From positions 82,646,001 through 82,710,000 of the forward strand of contig NC_135655.1 of NCBI RefSeq assembly GCF_964188315.1: a stretch of 64,000 nt of DNA, given 5' to 3'. The translations under genes and the position numbers were made by a program. A model generated the notes under the pieces. It searched no databases, was not told the origin of the DNA, and was given only the letters and a program-made list of their open reading frames with translations. This DNA comes from Podarcis muralis (lineage: Eukaryota). Below, piece by piece: positions 48,261 to 60,060 of the stretch. The number at the start of each line of letters is the position of its first letter. The stretch's first letter is position 1.

Positions 48261-50417
48261 CCACGAGAAGCGCAAGAGGGATACCAGCCAAAGAAGGACT
48301 AAACTTTGTGCATCACTTTTCAAAAGTATTTGTAGCAGCAGGCTTTGATGCTCTCTTTAACTCCTGGTGCCCAGCCTTGAATGTGCTTGTGGAAAGTTAT
48401 TCTATCAGTTTACTTCCCAAAGCCAGACCACACAAAAAATTCATGTGGTGTAGATTCTATGTGCCTAACAGTTGTAAGTCAACTCCATACCATCCAACAT
48501 TTCTCTGATGAAAATAGGGATGTCAATAATAATATTAACAATGATCTTATTATTTATACCTTGCACATCTGACTGGGTTACCCCAGCCACTTTTTAAAAA
48601 AAAAACATTAAATATTAAAAAGCTTCCTTATACAGGGCTGCCTTCAGATGTCTTCTAAAAGTTGTATAATTACTTATGTCCTTGGCTCGGGGGCCACCTA
48701 ACATACCCGCCAACATTTCTCTGATAAAAATAGGGACATCCTAAGGAAAAGCGAGACGTTCCAGGATCAAATCAGAAACCAGGACAGCTTCTGTAAATCC
48801 AGGACTGTCCTTGGAAAAGTTAGTAGGAAGAGAAACTGGGGAGATAATGGAGGTCTAAGTAGCTATGAGAGCAGGATAGACAAGGTGGCAGGAGAGCTGA
48901 GATTCATTTTTTGATTCAAAATGAACAAATATTTGGCTTTAATACCAGAAAAGGAGGTGAGGTTTCTCAGGTCCTGCAGTTGTCTTCAATAACACCTTGT
49001 TCATGGCATCAGCTTTTGCCAAAGGATCAAAGGGGTATAGTTTCTTCTATTGATTCTAAGCAATCAGCCATTGCCATAAGCAAAACCTAAATTCTTCAGT
49101 CAAGGACTAGTAATCTGAAGTTACAACAACCAGGTAAACCTGAAGCTATAAGTGCCCACTCCAGTTTCTTGCCCCAAAACAGAAAGATGGAAATGGAGAG
49201 GCGTTAGCCAACATTTGCCAGCTAACATAGACCCTCCAAGTGTCCCTATTTCTCAGGGATGTCCCTGATTTAGAGAAGCCATCCTGCTTTCTGATTTGAT
49301 CCAGGAATGCCCCACTTTTCCTTAGGATGTACCTGTTTCCATTGGAGAAATGTTGGAGGGTATGAAGTTATCTGACTCATCTGAAGGCAATCCTGTATAA
49401 GGAATTTTTTTAATGTTTGATGTTTTATCATGTTTTTATATATGCTGGAAGCTGCCCAGAGTGGCTGGGGCAACCCAGGAAGATGTGTAGGGTATAATAG
49501 TAAACTTACCCTTATGGAATGGGACATCCCTGTTGGAGAAATGTTGCAGGGTATCCTAACAGCAATCCCCGTCCCCCGCCCCTTTTCAGAATGTAATGTC
49601 TTGCATTGCATTCAGTGTTGGTTTGGTACAGCAATAAGAATGCTGAGAAATGGGAGACTCGGGTTCAAACTCTTGCCAAGGCTGCAGTCCTAACCCCTCT
49701 TTTACTTAGGCTGTGTCCAAATTCTTATTTATTCTGTGTCCAGTGTTGGTTTGGGAAGCAAACTCTCAACTCTCCGCCCTGGCTTTTGTCCTTCTCACTC
49801 TCTGTGAGATGTAAATAGTTTTGATTCTTCTCATACAGAACTTGATCTCAATCTAACACATCAACATGGTTGTTATATTCAGTTACATTATCAAAATATT
49901 TTTAAATCCACTTTGTTTTCACATTGTTAATAAGCAAGGTGCCAGTTAACGCTAGCATAACAAAAAGAAATTATGAACTCAACTTCCAGTTAAGGTAAGG
50001 ACACCAAACCAATCCACCACATCTTACTGCACGATGAAATTCTTCTTTTTCTTTTTAAATTGGGAGGAGGCATGAAGGAATCATCAGCTTACTTTCCAAG
50101 AACACATTCTAGTTTTAAATTCAAATTCACACCAGGTTTCAAAATAGACAGTTCCATTTCAGATCAAGTCCATTTTCAAGACATTTCACACACGGATTGT
50201 GGGGAATTTTTAGAATCCAAAGGAATATATTGATCACCAGTTTTCCAAGCATTTTCTCTGAGTTGAGGGGGGGGGGTTAATACATGAGCAAGTCTCCTTA
50301 AATTCCATATTCTGACAGCTCAATAAAATGAAGATCTCTTGTATATTTTATTAAAATGTATGTGCATTGATTGTTGGGTTGTTCTTGTATTTATTTTTAT
50401 TATGTATTTTGTGATTA

Positions 50418-50448
50418 GTGCTCACTTCGACAGCACATATACTAAAAT
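50418..50448 (+). pseudogene. RNU6: 3'-truncated U6 snRNA retrocopy (nt 1-31)
   Basis: GTGCTCACTTCGACAGCACATATACTAAAAT versus U6 GTGCTCGCTTCGGCAGCACATATACTAAAAT (29/31); flanked by a duplicated (AT)GTATTTTGTG. Confidence 0.9.
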
Positions 50449-50812
50449 GTATTTTGTGGTTTCATGTTGTGATTTTATGGTGTGAACCGCCCTGAGACCT
50501 GTGGGTATAGGGCGCTATGCAAATTTTAATAATAATAATACCCAGACAGGTGCAAGCTGCGGTCCTGCAAGACTGGTGAAATAATTGACACAGGACATAG
50601 ATGTTGGGTGAAATCAGGCCAAATCTTTATTGACTACAGTGGAAAGCAGGCTTGGCATGGAAATAGGGCAAGGATCATTTCTTCATTCCAGTCACCCCCT
50701 GCTGATGGAATAGCACTCCATCGGGGTTGGGGAAACACCCAGCCCCCCTCCATGGGAATTATCCTGTGCTGAACCCTGGTATGGTACAAGCCAAGTGTTA
50801 TGTACTGAGTTG

Positions 50813-50935
50813 AATAGGATCCAAAATGCAGCCGTCTGATTGGTCCTAGAACAATAGGATCCAAAATGCAGCATTCTGACTGGTCCTAGAACAAAAGGAT
50901 TCAGAATGCAGCAGTCTGATTGGTCCTAGAACAAT
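50813..50935. repeat. Three 40-bp tandem repeats within the LTR-like element
   Basis: Unit AATAGGATCCAAAATGCAGC.GTCTGATTGGTCCTAGAAC. Confidence 0.9.
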
Positions 50936-51051
50936 ACAGCAGTATGATTGGTCCGCAGGAGCCACCCAATCCAGCTCCAGGTGGAAGTGAATCCACAACC
51001 TGATTGGCCTACAGGAGAATCCCGGAATTAGCCAATCATGTGCAGCCCATT

Positions 51052-51670
51052 ATTTTTGTTTTTGTTTTAATAATATTTTATTAAGGATTTTCTTGTTTTA
51101 CAGAAGTGTAGTGCCTCGTATCTTTTTTTTTTTCATGTAACATTTTTACAAATCCATTTCATTTGTTGAGGCATTAGGGGGAGAAGAAAAAAGAAAGAGA
51201 GAAGAAAAGGGGGGTGGAGAGAGGGAAGATGGATGGGGGTGGGGTCGGGTGGCGGTGTTTCTATTATGTTTAGTGTGTGTAGAGTTTGGTGTCAGCGTTG
51301 TTTGTGTTGTTCACTTGTGTTCCTTTGGTGGTGAGAGAGGCTGGGGTTGGCCTAGGGTGTGATTGTTTGCTTGTGATTGGCTGTGGTGATCTTTGTTTTT
51401 GTGTGTGGGTGAGGTGGGTGGGTGCTTTGGATCAGGTTAGCCATATTGATTTGTATGCTGTTGGTGGATTATTGTCATTGTCCTGTTGGACTGTGTGTGT
51501 GATAAAGGGGAGCCATACCGGGGTGAAGGTGTCTTCTTCTGTTTGTCCCCGTGTCAGTTTCAATTTATTAGTTAATTTTTCTAGTAGGGCTGTTTCCCAT
51601 ACTATTTGGTACCATTGGTCCATGCTTACTCCTGACAGGTCTCTCCAGTGTCTGGTTATGGTATTTCTGG
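51052..51670 (-). mobile_element. L1 3' fragment inserted in the LTR-like element
   Basis: ORF2 C-terminus (RHWRDL..QWYQIVWETALLEKLT); 14-bp TSD ATGTGCAGCCCATT at 51038-51051 and 51671-51684. Confidence 0.88.
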
Positions 51671-52727
51671 ATGTGCAGCCCATTGTGTAAATAATGTATA
51701 TAAAGCAGATATTGTGGGGGAACTTCCATTCCTCCTCACCACTATGAGCTGAATAAAGAGCATGAAATCCACTCTCGACTCCGAGTATATTTCACCAAGC
51801 TACCAGGGTCTCACTGGAGAGAGAGATTCCAGTCAGGCAGAGGCTGTAACCCAGTTTAACGCATTCCTTGGCCAATCCTTCCTCAGGCCCCTTATGAGAT
51901 CATAGGGCAAAATGGCCCTGTACTCTCACAAGTGGGCCTTTTAAAGGCCTCTTCTTGCAAGATCTCACGGGAGAATCCAATCCCACAAGATCTCACTCCA
52001 AAGGGGAGACGCAGCTATAGTTCCCCCACTACTCTCTGGGTTGCGCACTGCCAGGAAGGTTGGCCCAAACACAGATTGCACCAGGAATGAGGCTTAAAAT
52101 GCTATCACTGCAAAACTCATTCTCTCCCTCACATTCTCCTGCTGCCATCCATGCCTGCCTCTTTGATCCTCTTCTGCTGGCTATGGAAAAGTCTCTGGTG
52201 GTGTCCATTAAGTTGGCAAGAAGAATAGGAAGGATGCTTTTCATCACTTTTGATGGCACAAGAAAGCAACTGGTGCCCTGCTGCTTGTCCCACTACCTCT
52301 AGTGGTTCCTTGGGAGGGGTGGAAGGCAAGACCCTCTTCACTGAGCAGCCTTTTTTGTGCAGATGTTACCCAAGAACCATGTTTGAGTGCAGTCATTTTG
52401 GAAGAAGAACTGCAAGGTTTGTCATGTGCCACCAGGGGACTGTTTCCTTCTCATGCTAGGATTGGTTTCAGGAACTCATGGGATCCCTCTTCTAGTTTGT
52501 CCCAATTCCCCTGACCAGTAGTGAGTTATTTTTTATCTTGAGGTGAGGAGAATCAATTCCCCTTGGCTTCTACCATTTCTCTGATTGATTCTGAAACAGC
52601 TTGTGTGACGTGTGAGAACTTGCCACATCACCTGTCACCCTCAACAATCAGAGATGGATGGTGTTCTGTACCTCAATGTACTTTTTAAGGCTAGGAGTGG
52701 CAGCTATGGTCTCAGTCTCAGCCTAGA

Positions 52728-52783
<56 letters not shown>

Positions 52784-53063
52784 TGTCTGGGTTTCCCCAG
52801 CCACTCTGGGTGGCTCCCAACAGAATATTAAAAGCACAATGAAACATTCAACATTAAAAACTTCCCTAAACAGGGCTGCCTTCAGATGTCTTCTAAAAGT
52901 CAAATTGTTGTTTATTTCCTTGACATCTGATGGGAGGACGTTCCACAGGGCAGACACCACTACCAAGAAGGCCCTCTGCCTGGTTCCCTGTAACCTCACT
53001 TCTCACAGTGAGGGAATTGCCAGAAGGCTCTCGAAGCTGGGGCTCAGTGTCCAGGCTGAATGA
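52728..53063 (-). mobile_element. L2 3' fragment with (TTA)n tail
   Basis: Near-identical to 12180-12400; ORF ends RAFLVV..LWNVLPSDVKEI..FRRHLKAALFREVF. Confidence 0.9.
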
Positions 53064-53126
53064 AGTTCAGAGTTGAGAGAGGAAGGGTGAAGAGTGACGC
53101 CTTTCTCATTTCCTTCCATGTCTCAA

Positions 53127-53348
53127 CAGTGATACCTCTGGTTATGTACTTAATTCGTTCTGGAGGTCCATTCTTAACCTGAGGTATCACTTTTGCTAAT
53201 GGGGCCTCCCATTGCCGCTGCGCCGCTGCGTGATTTCTGTTCTCATCCTGAGGTAAAGTTCTTAACCCGAGGTACTATTTCTGAGTTAGTGGAGTCTGTA
53301 ACCTGAAATGTCTGTAATCTGAAGCATCTGTAACCCGAGGTACCACTG
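53127..53348. mobile_element. Tc1/mariner MITE
   Basis: Same family as 37123; left TA altered; lies 10 nt from the GPCR stop codon. Confidence 0.85.
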
Positions 53349-53358
53349 TATATACTTT

Positions 53359-54416
53359 TTAAAGCTGTGAGGAGAGCACAGAGATTTCACAAGCACCTGG
53401 GGAGGTCATCACTGGCCCAGTTATGCCCACGGGCTTCACACTGGCTACACTAGCCTTAGGGGTTTCGACTTGGCTGTTTGCTATGTCTCTATCAGAACTG
53501 CAGCAGACATTCCTTTCCTCCTCAGCCTCGTTCTCCTCTCTTAGGGACCTCTGAATGATGAACTGGAGAGGCTCCCTGAACCATCTCTTTCTACAGAAAC
53601 CTACCAGGAAATAAATGGCAGGGTTGATGCTGCTATTGATACAGGCAAGCATGTAAAAAACACTAGGGAGTTCATCATAAGGGGCTATGTGGTGCACATT
53701 GAGGGGAACACTGAAAGCAACAAACACAAGAACTGTGAGCAAGATAGTTTTACAGAGGTGTCCTGTCGGACGCTGCAGAAAACAAAACCTAACCTTTATG
53801 AACAGGGTCAGGCTAGACAGAATCATGATAGGGGTGAAGAAGGCGAGGTTGACGAGAGAGATCTTTTGTTGCATTTTGTCACATACTGTTTTGTGACTTA
53901 AAGAACAAATGTCCAGCCCAAACAGCAGGATGTCAGCAGACCACAGCACGGCCGCCACTGCACTAGACAACCATGCAGGGCGGAAGGAGTGGTACCAGAA
54001 TGGGCACAGCACACAGAGACACCGCTCAACACTGATAGCAGTGAGGAAATACATACTGCTGCTGAATGAGGACACTTCCATCTTGCTCAATATGGTCATC
54101 AGCTCACACCACTGAAGGATGTGGGTGGCAAAATACTGCGCAAAAAAGAAAGATGTGATAAACAGGCGCAAAAAGAGAAAGAAAAGATCAGCCGCTGCTA
54201 AGCTGAGGGTGTAAACGAAGAGTGGATTCTTCCTGATGTCTAGTCGGAGAAACCAAAGGACAATCCATTCCGCAGCAGGCCAAAGACGCACATGAACAGA
54301 CTGAAGCAATAGATGGTGTCATCTGTTAAATAGTGCACAGAGCATTCGTATCCAACATCACAGGTTTGTGTCTGAATGCTATGAATAAGCAAATGTGCCT
54401 GTGTTGTGTTAGCCAT
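53359..54416 (-). pseudogene. MAS-related GPCR (MRGPR/MAS1 family) with one 1-bp frameshift in TM1
   Basis: ATG at 54416 gives MANTT..FSLFMCVFGLLRNG; a frame slip at 54265-54266 leads to IVLWFL..VYTLSLAAAD, AISVERCLCVLCPFWY and CINSSINPAIYFLVG; repaired length 352 aa. Confidence 0.85.
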
Positions 54417-54449
54417 CACAAAGGCTTTGCTGGGGCTGGCAGGTGTCGT

Positions 54450-54516
54450 CTTCTTCTTCTTCTTCTTCTTCTTCTTCTTCTTCTTCTTCTTCTTCTTCTT
54501 CTTCTTCTTCTTCTTC
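54450..54516. repeat. (CTT)n/(GAA)n, ~22 units, just upstream of the GPCR ATG
   Basis: Read directly from the sequence. Confidence 0.95.
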
Positions 54517-54969
54517 CCTCCTGCCCCTTTTCACCTGCAAGCACAGAGAAGACGGAAGCGCATCAGTAAGTAACTCAGGCTGCACTCCCATTGGCGATTT
54601 ATGCATTGACAGCTTTGTGGTATTTATAACCCGTCTTTTACCCAAAGGTTGCCAAGCAGGTCACAGTGCCATATACAATATTAGATGCATAACTTAATAA
54701 AATATACAAGCAAGCTTTTTTAAAAAAATAAAACACCTTGGTTCACAGCAATACTTCAACCAGAACAAAATTACTTCTCACATCTCAGAATGATACTCTC
54801 CTGTCACTCAAAAGCCCAACAGAATCAACCCATAGAATATAGATCCATGCAAACTCTGGGTTTTTTGGTGGCAAATTCATTGCAACAAGCACTGCACGAG
54901 CCTTAAAAACAAAGCATTAGCACATGGTGGGCTTATCCACACTTACCTTTTTTTCTTTTCTTTTTTTTT

Positions 54970-55216
54970 AGAAGAAGAGTTTGGATTTGATATCCCGCTT
55001 TATCACTACCCTAAGGAGTCTCAAAGCGGCTAACAACCTCCTTTCCCTTCCTCCCCCACAACAAACACTCTGTGAGGTAAGTGGGGCTGAGAGACTTCAA
55101 AGAAGTGTGACTAGCCTAAGGTCACCCAGCAGCTGCATGTGGAGGAGCAGGGACGCCAACTCGGTTCACTAGATTACGAGTCCACTGCTCTTAAGCACTA
55201 CACCACACTGGCTCTC
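54970..55216 (-). mobile_element. tRNA/CORE SINE (Squam3-like)
   Basis: Same family as 11459-11719. Confidence 0.8.
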
Positions 55217-55898
55217 AGAAAGCATGTCGTTTAACCAATGCTTTTTTTCTAGAAAAAGAGGTGCTGAAACTCACCATGAATGTCTCCCCCGTTCTCATAT
55301 AATGCCAATGGTGCCCATCTGAGTGGTGCCAGAACTAAATTCTGAAGAGTTCTGGCTGAAAAAAAGCCCTGTTCCTCTCTTCTGTTTTTCCTCAATATGG
55401 CAGCAAAAAACGTTTTTTAGATCCTCTAGCTGGCTGAGAGCAGATCTATTTATTGTAGTTGCTATAACCTCCTCCAGCAGAATGTGCTGGAGAAAGATTT
55501 TCTTTAATTAAGGCGGCACGGATTGTTGCTCTGACTCTTAAAGGCATCCACTTTTCAAATGCTTTCTATGATGGGCATGGCAATTCAACAAGTCCCTCTT
55601 GAGCAAGGCTTGACGTTATACCTTGATATGTCATCTGGAGACTCTGGGTACTCTCACACTAGTCATTTTCTCAAGAAGCAACTTCATTCACCTGGAAAAA
55701 TTGAAATGAGATTTCCATTCCAATATCTCTATGTTCTCCTCCCATCTTTTAAATTATTGGATAGTGCTCACCTTTATGACTTTCTGTTCCTTGGCGGCGC
55801 CCGCCTTTTGCAGGTCAACTGGCAAAGTGCTGTTGATTCACCTGGCATGGAAGAGTGAAGCACTTTGGGCAAAAGTACTTCGGGCCAAAGCACTTCTA

Positions 55899-56261
55899 AA
55901 GGTAAAGGTAAAGGTACCCCTGCCCGTACAGGCCAGTCTTGACAGACTCTAGGGTTGTGCGCCCATCTCACTCAAGAGGCCGGGGGCCAGCGCTGTCCGG
56001 AGACACTTCCGGGTCACGTGGCCAGCGTGACATCGCTGCTCTGGCGAGCCAGAGCCGCACACAGAAACGCCGTTTACCTTCCCGCTAGTAAGCGGTCCCT
56101 ATTTATCTACTTGCACCCGGGGGTGCTTTCGAACTGCTAGGTTGGCAGGCGCTGGGACCGAGCAACGGGAGCGCACCCCGCCACGGGGATTCGAACCGCC
56201 AACCTTTCGATCGGCAAGCCCTAGGCGCTGAGGCTTTTACCCACAGCGCCACCCGCGTCCC
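55899..56261 (-). mobile_element. Sauria SINE, full length
   Basis: (TTTACC)n tail, intact head; 12-bp TSD AAAGCACTTCTA at 55887-55898 and 56265-56276. Confidence 0.95.
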
Positions 56262-56822
56262 AGTAAAGCACTTCTAGCAAACTTTAAACCAGACACTTGT
56301 ATTTTGAGAGGAAAGGGATCTGCAGAACTCCCACTCAGAATGCACTCCTGATCTAAGGGAGCTGGACCAGTTTCCTACTGAAAATCCTTGCCTAAGTTCC
56401 TACTATTTGCCCCTGAAAATGCTTCTCACAGTAAATGTCTCTTTGGGGAGCGATTAGGGGGTTCAGCATGAGACCAACATGGGGCCCTGATCTGGAGACA
56501 TTCTAGTTTTGAGCCACATTGTTGCTGGAAGTGGCCAGTTACACACACCTTATTAAAAGTGTACTGATTGCACTGTGTAATTTGGCTCTTAAAATAAGAG
56601 TTACCGGTAGTTACAATGTGAGTCTATACCTGTCTATTCAGAATTAAGACACATTGAGTCTAATGCGGGTTATTTACATGTAAGTGAGTACAGGATGGCA
56701 GCCTTTGTTAGTTACTGCTTTTTAATTGTTTTATTTGTAATTTTGATATTTCATGCAAACTGCTTATACGTTTTGTTACATTCAAACAGTATATAAATGT
56801 TGTTAAATAAAGAGCAGATCAG

Positions 56823-56982
56823 CAGTGCCGGGGCATGCGTGGCAAGCGCCAAGCATCCCGGGGGTGCACGTCAAGCACCGAGCGTCCGGGGGGCAGGGGC
56901 GGGGGGGCGGCTGCGATGTCATCCCCCCCGGGATGGCAGCTTGGGTGGACCGCTCCCCCTGCCCTGCCTTCATCCGTCAGTG
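56823..56982. mobile_element. Short hAT MITE
   Basis: Degenerate TIR CAGTGCCGG / CCGTCAGTG; TSD CAGATCAG at 56815-56822 and 56983-56990. Confidence 0.7.
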
Positions 56983-59031
56983 CAGATCAGAATGATTTTA
57001 ACCAGCATTAGTTTCTTGTGCCTCTGCCATTATATATCTGCAGTGGGATCCCAACCCCCATGCAAATGTGTATATTTACCGGTAGTTTGCACTAAAATGC
57101 AAATGAATATTCATGAGAATTTAAAAAAAATTGCAAACTGATGTCAGAATGTGGAAAACTGAATAGGAAAAATGAGAAATTGAGAGAAACAAAGATTGAC
57201 AGATTAACCCATAACTTAACAGTGAGTAGTGACTGATTACTTCTAGACATTTCTGAATTAGGCTTTCTGGACCTATTCCAAACAGATTTCCTGCCTGGTT
57301 TCGGGACTAAGACCGTTTGAACAATCTGTGTCTGGAAAGAAACAGGGGAGGTGTGGGCTTGTTGATTCACCTGGGGTTACTTATGAAGAAAATGAAAATT
57401 GGAACTGGGTGTTGTCAGAATAAAAACAACACCACACACCAACCCCCGCATTCCCTCTCCAAGCAGTTTCACGTCAAGCAAGAAAGGGAGGTTACAAGTT
57501 GGAACACTCTGACAGAAAGAAAGGAGAAATCTCGTAAGACAGCTCTGTAAAATAGGAGTAGGACCAGTGAAAACCTGCCCACCAGTGGAGTGCGGCCAGT
57601 GGACTAGGAGGACTAGACTAATCCCCTAAATCAGTGGGGTGCCTTGAACAATGGTCTGGCGTGCCGCGGGCAACACTGGCCTCTGTCCCTCTTTCCTTCC
57701 CTCCTTGCATCTCTGCCTCCCAAAGGCTTGCACAGCTGTCTGTTGCAGCAGTCCTGGCTACAAGCTCCTCTGGCAAATGGTGCCTCTGGTGCTTCCCAGG
57801 CCCCTGTGGGGCAGTGTGAGGAGGCACCTACAAGTCTGGCTTTGGGAAGGAGGCAGAAGGGCTACAGCATCCTGTCAGAGCCCTGGAAGCTTGTGCCTGG
57901 CTTCGGGAGGGAGGCACAATGAATGATCATGCACATGATGTTGGCCTCCTTCCCAACAGCCATCGCAAGCTGACGCCTCTGGCCCTAACTGTTCCCCTAT
58001 GAAAAATTTCACTGCCTGCCACTCTTGCCCACATAGATTGTCCAGAAGCATTTGGTAATAAATGGGACCAAAAGCCACCGAGGTCACTGCAGAGATTCTC
58101 TATCTGTCCATCTATGTATCTGTCTGCCAATAAACTACTTCCTGGAATACCTTCATTATTACTTCCTGGAGTATTTTTAAGTATTTTAATTTGCATAGTT
58201 TCTGCAGGTAACAGTGTTCAGCTTTTCTTGTGCAAGGGCATGGGATTATGGCATTTCCCTTCCCACTCTTATTTCAAAGCTATTTTTGTCTTTGTATCAG
58301 AAAGGCACCTGACCAATTTGGTTGCCAATAAATATTGCTGCGAACATTTCAGAGATCATGGTCTTTCCAACGAGTGGCTCCTGTCCAGGTTTGTTACTTG
58401 TCTTACTTTAAATGTTGTGAGGATCCTATGCCCTTTTAAAATGTGGTTTGGGGTGTGTATTGTTGTTTCTATTTTAATTATGTATTTTGTGGTTTTATAT
58501 TTTGATTTTATTCTGTGAACCACCCTGAGACCTCCGGGTATAGGGTGGTATATAAATTCAGTAAATAATAAATAATAATGGCAGAGTGCTCATAGTCCTG
58601 AAAATATTGCAATTTCGCTGCTGAGAAAATGGGATACCTCTGCAGCAGTAGTGTTGCCTTCAGGAGAGATGTCTGGATCCCCTACAACTGATGACTGCCA
58701 GCTGGGTATTTGAAAGCAACATCTGGAAAGCTCCCTACAGAGGAAAAGGGACTATGATACCCCATAGTATACCTAGAGCGCTGGTGAAATCAGTCATGCT
58801 CAAGCCTTTGCTGCCATCATGTGGCTCTGTTTTATACAGTTTCCGGGGGAAATCTGTGTTCGTCAGGTACAGCAGTTGAAGCGCTTTAAATGTGATCGTA
58901 GTTGTTGCTGCAGAGCCTTTATTTTGTTTATCTAAAAATATGTATGGACAACTTTTATGAGCAGAACTCTTCAAAGTGGCTTACTTGATGTAACAGATCT
59001 GTAGAAAACGCAACCTGAAGAAAGAGACAAT

Positions 59032-59476
59032 GGGGACTTCCGGCGAGGCAAGATGGCCAACGCCACGGCTGCACAGAGCTCCTGAGAATGACCTGCACCA
59101 ACAGCATTGGCTGGCTGGTCCCCACACTGCCAACACTGCTACCACCGCAATTGGGGGGGAACCAGGGGTGCCCAACGCAACAACCAGGGAGGCTGTGGGG
59201 AACCCCTAGCCCCCCCCCCCCAGTGGCCTTGAGTGTGCTGGGACCGAGAGCACCCCACTGACAGCCCAGCAGAGCTCCGAGGCCTCTGGAACCAAACAGA
59301 AAGCAAAAAGGAGTCGTCCCCACACAGCCAAGCACCAGCTTACTGCCACCGCTGCCACAGCCACTGCCACTGCTGACACCAAGAGAGAGAGGTAGGAAGG
59401 TACCGGGAAACTACTGTCTAAAAGACTTCTACAAAAACAACAAACCCACACCAACACAAGAAATACAAGAAAAATT
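59032..59476 (+). mobile_element. Probable L1 5' end/UTR
   Basis: Starts GGGGACTTCCGG..CAAGATGGCC (a YY1-like L1 start motif); CpG-containing; followed by an A-rich pre-ORF1-like stretch. Confidence 0.55.
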
Positions 59477-59736
59477 AAAGGGTAAAGGTAAAGGGACCCC
59501 TGACCATTAAGTCCAGTCGTGACCGACTCTGGGGTTGCGGCGCTCATCTCGCTCTATAGGCCGAGGGAGCCGGCGTTTGTCCGCAGACAGCTTCCGGGTC
59601 ATGTGGCCAGCATGACTAAGCCGCTTCTGGCTAACCAGAGCAGCGCATGGAAACACCGTTTACCTTCCCGCTGGAGCAGTACCTATTTATCTACTTGCAC
59701 TTTGATGTGCTTTCGAACTGCTAGGTTGGCAGGAAC
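59477..59736 (-). mobile_element. Sauria SINE lacking its head
   Basis: Tail and body are intact; it breaks after CTAGGTTGGCAGGA. Confidence 0.9.
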
Positions 59737-60060
59737 AAGACAAATTAGAGACACCCAAATATCTTGGCTAACACACCATCAACTACACGCCTTCTTAAAC
59801 AATCCAGCAGTAAAATCAGCAGCCACTAGGCCCTTGACCACCTTCGAAAAACTTCTCCTGACAGCAGAGGAACACGGCAAAGGGATGGTATCCACAATAT
59901 ACAAAATACTGCTCCAAAATCCCACAACTTCCCATGACGCAATCAAAGAACAATGGGAGCATGACATAAGCTATGAAATCAACCCCACCCAATGAACTAG
60001 AATGTGGTCTAAACCTCCCTTTAAGTCCATATTAGCCAAAAGAAGGAAACTCACTCTGAA
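59737..60060 (+). mobile_element. L1 ORF2 late fragment
   Basis: WLTHHQL..FEKLL..KGMVSTIYKILL..IKEQWEHDI, the region preceding the Cys-rich domain. Confidence 0.75.

Larger units (their letters stand above)
50577..51794 (+). mobile_element. LTR-like element (~585 bp without its L1 insert)
   Basis: Termini TGAAATA / TATTTCA, multiple CCAAT/ATTGG boxes, TATATAAA near 51698, AATAAA near 51751; no convincing TSD. Confidence 0.65.

Noticed and set aside
50813-50935. 40-bp repeats as a CRISPR array
   Set aside because: The repeats are contiguous with no unique spacers, lie inside an LTR-like element, and the DNA is eukaryotic with no cas genes.
51990-52460. Cluster of short ORFs downstream of the MRGPR as a second GPCR remnant
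   Set aside because: No transmembrane pattern or family motif in any frame.
54409-54697. Poly-Glu, poly-Ser and poly-Leu ORFs
   Set aside because: They are frame translations of the (CTT)n microsatellite; the same applies to the (TTA)n ORFs at 52612-52999.
56190-56261. tRNA genes at SINE heads (also 1455, 11690, 29060, 55190)
   Set aside because: A/B-box-like heads run straight into SINE bodies with tails and TSDs; no cloverleaf.
57583-57981. GC-rich block as a defined hAT MITE
   Set aside because: Termini are only loosely inverted and the flanks do not form a TSD, so boundaries are unsupported.
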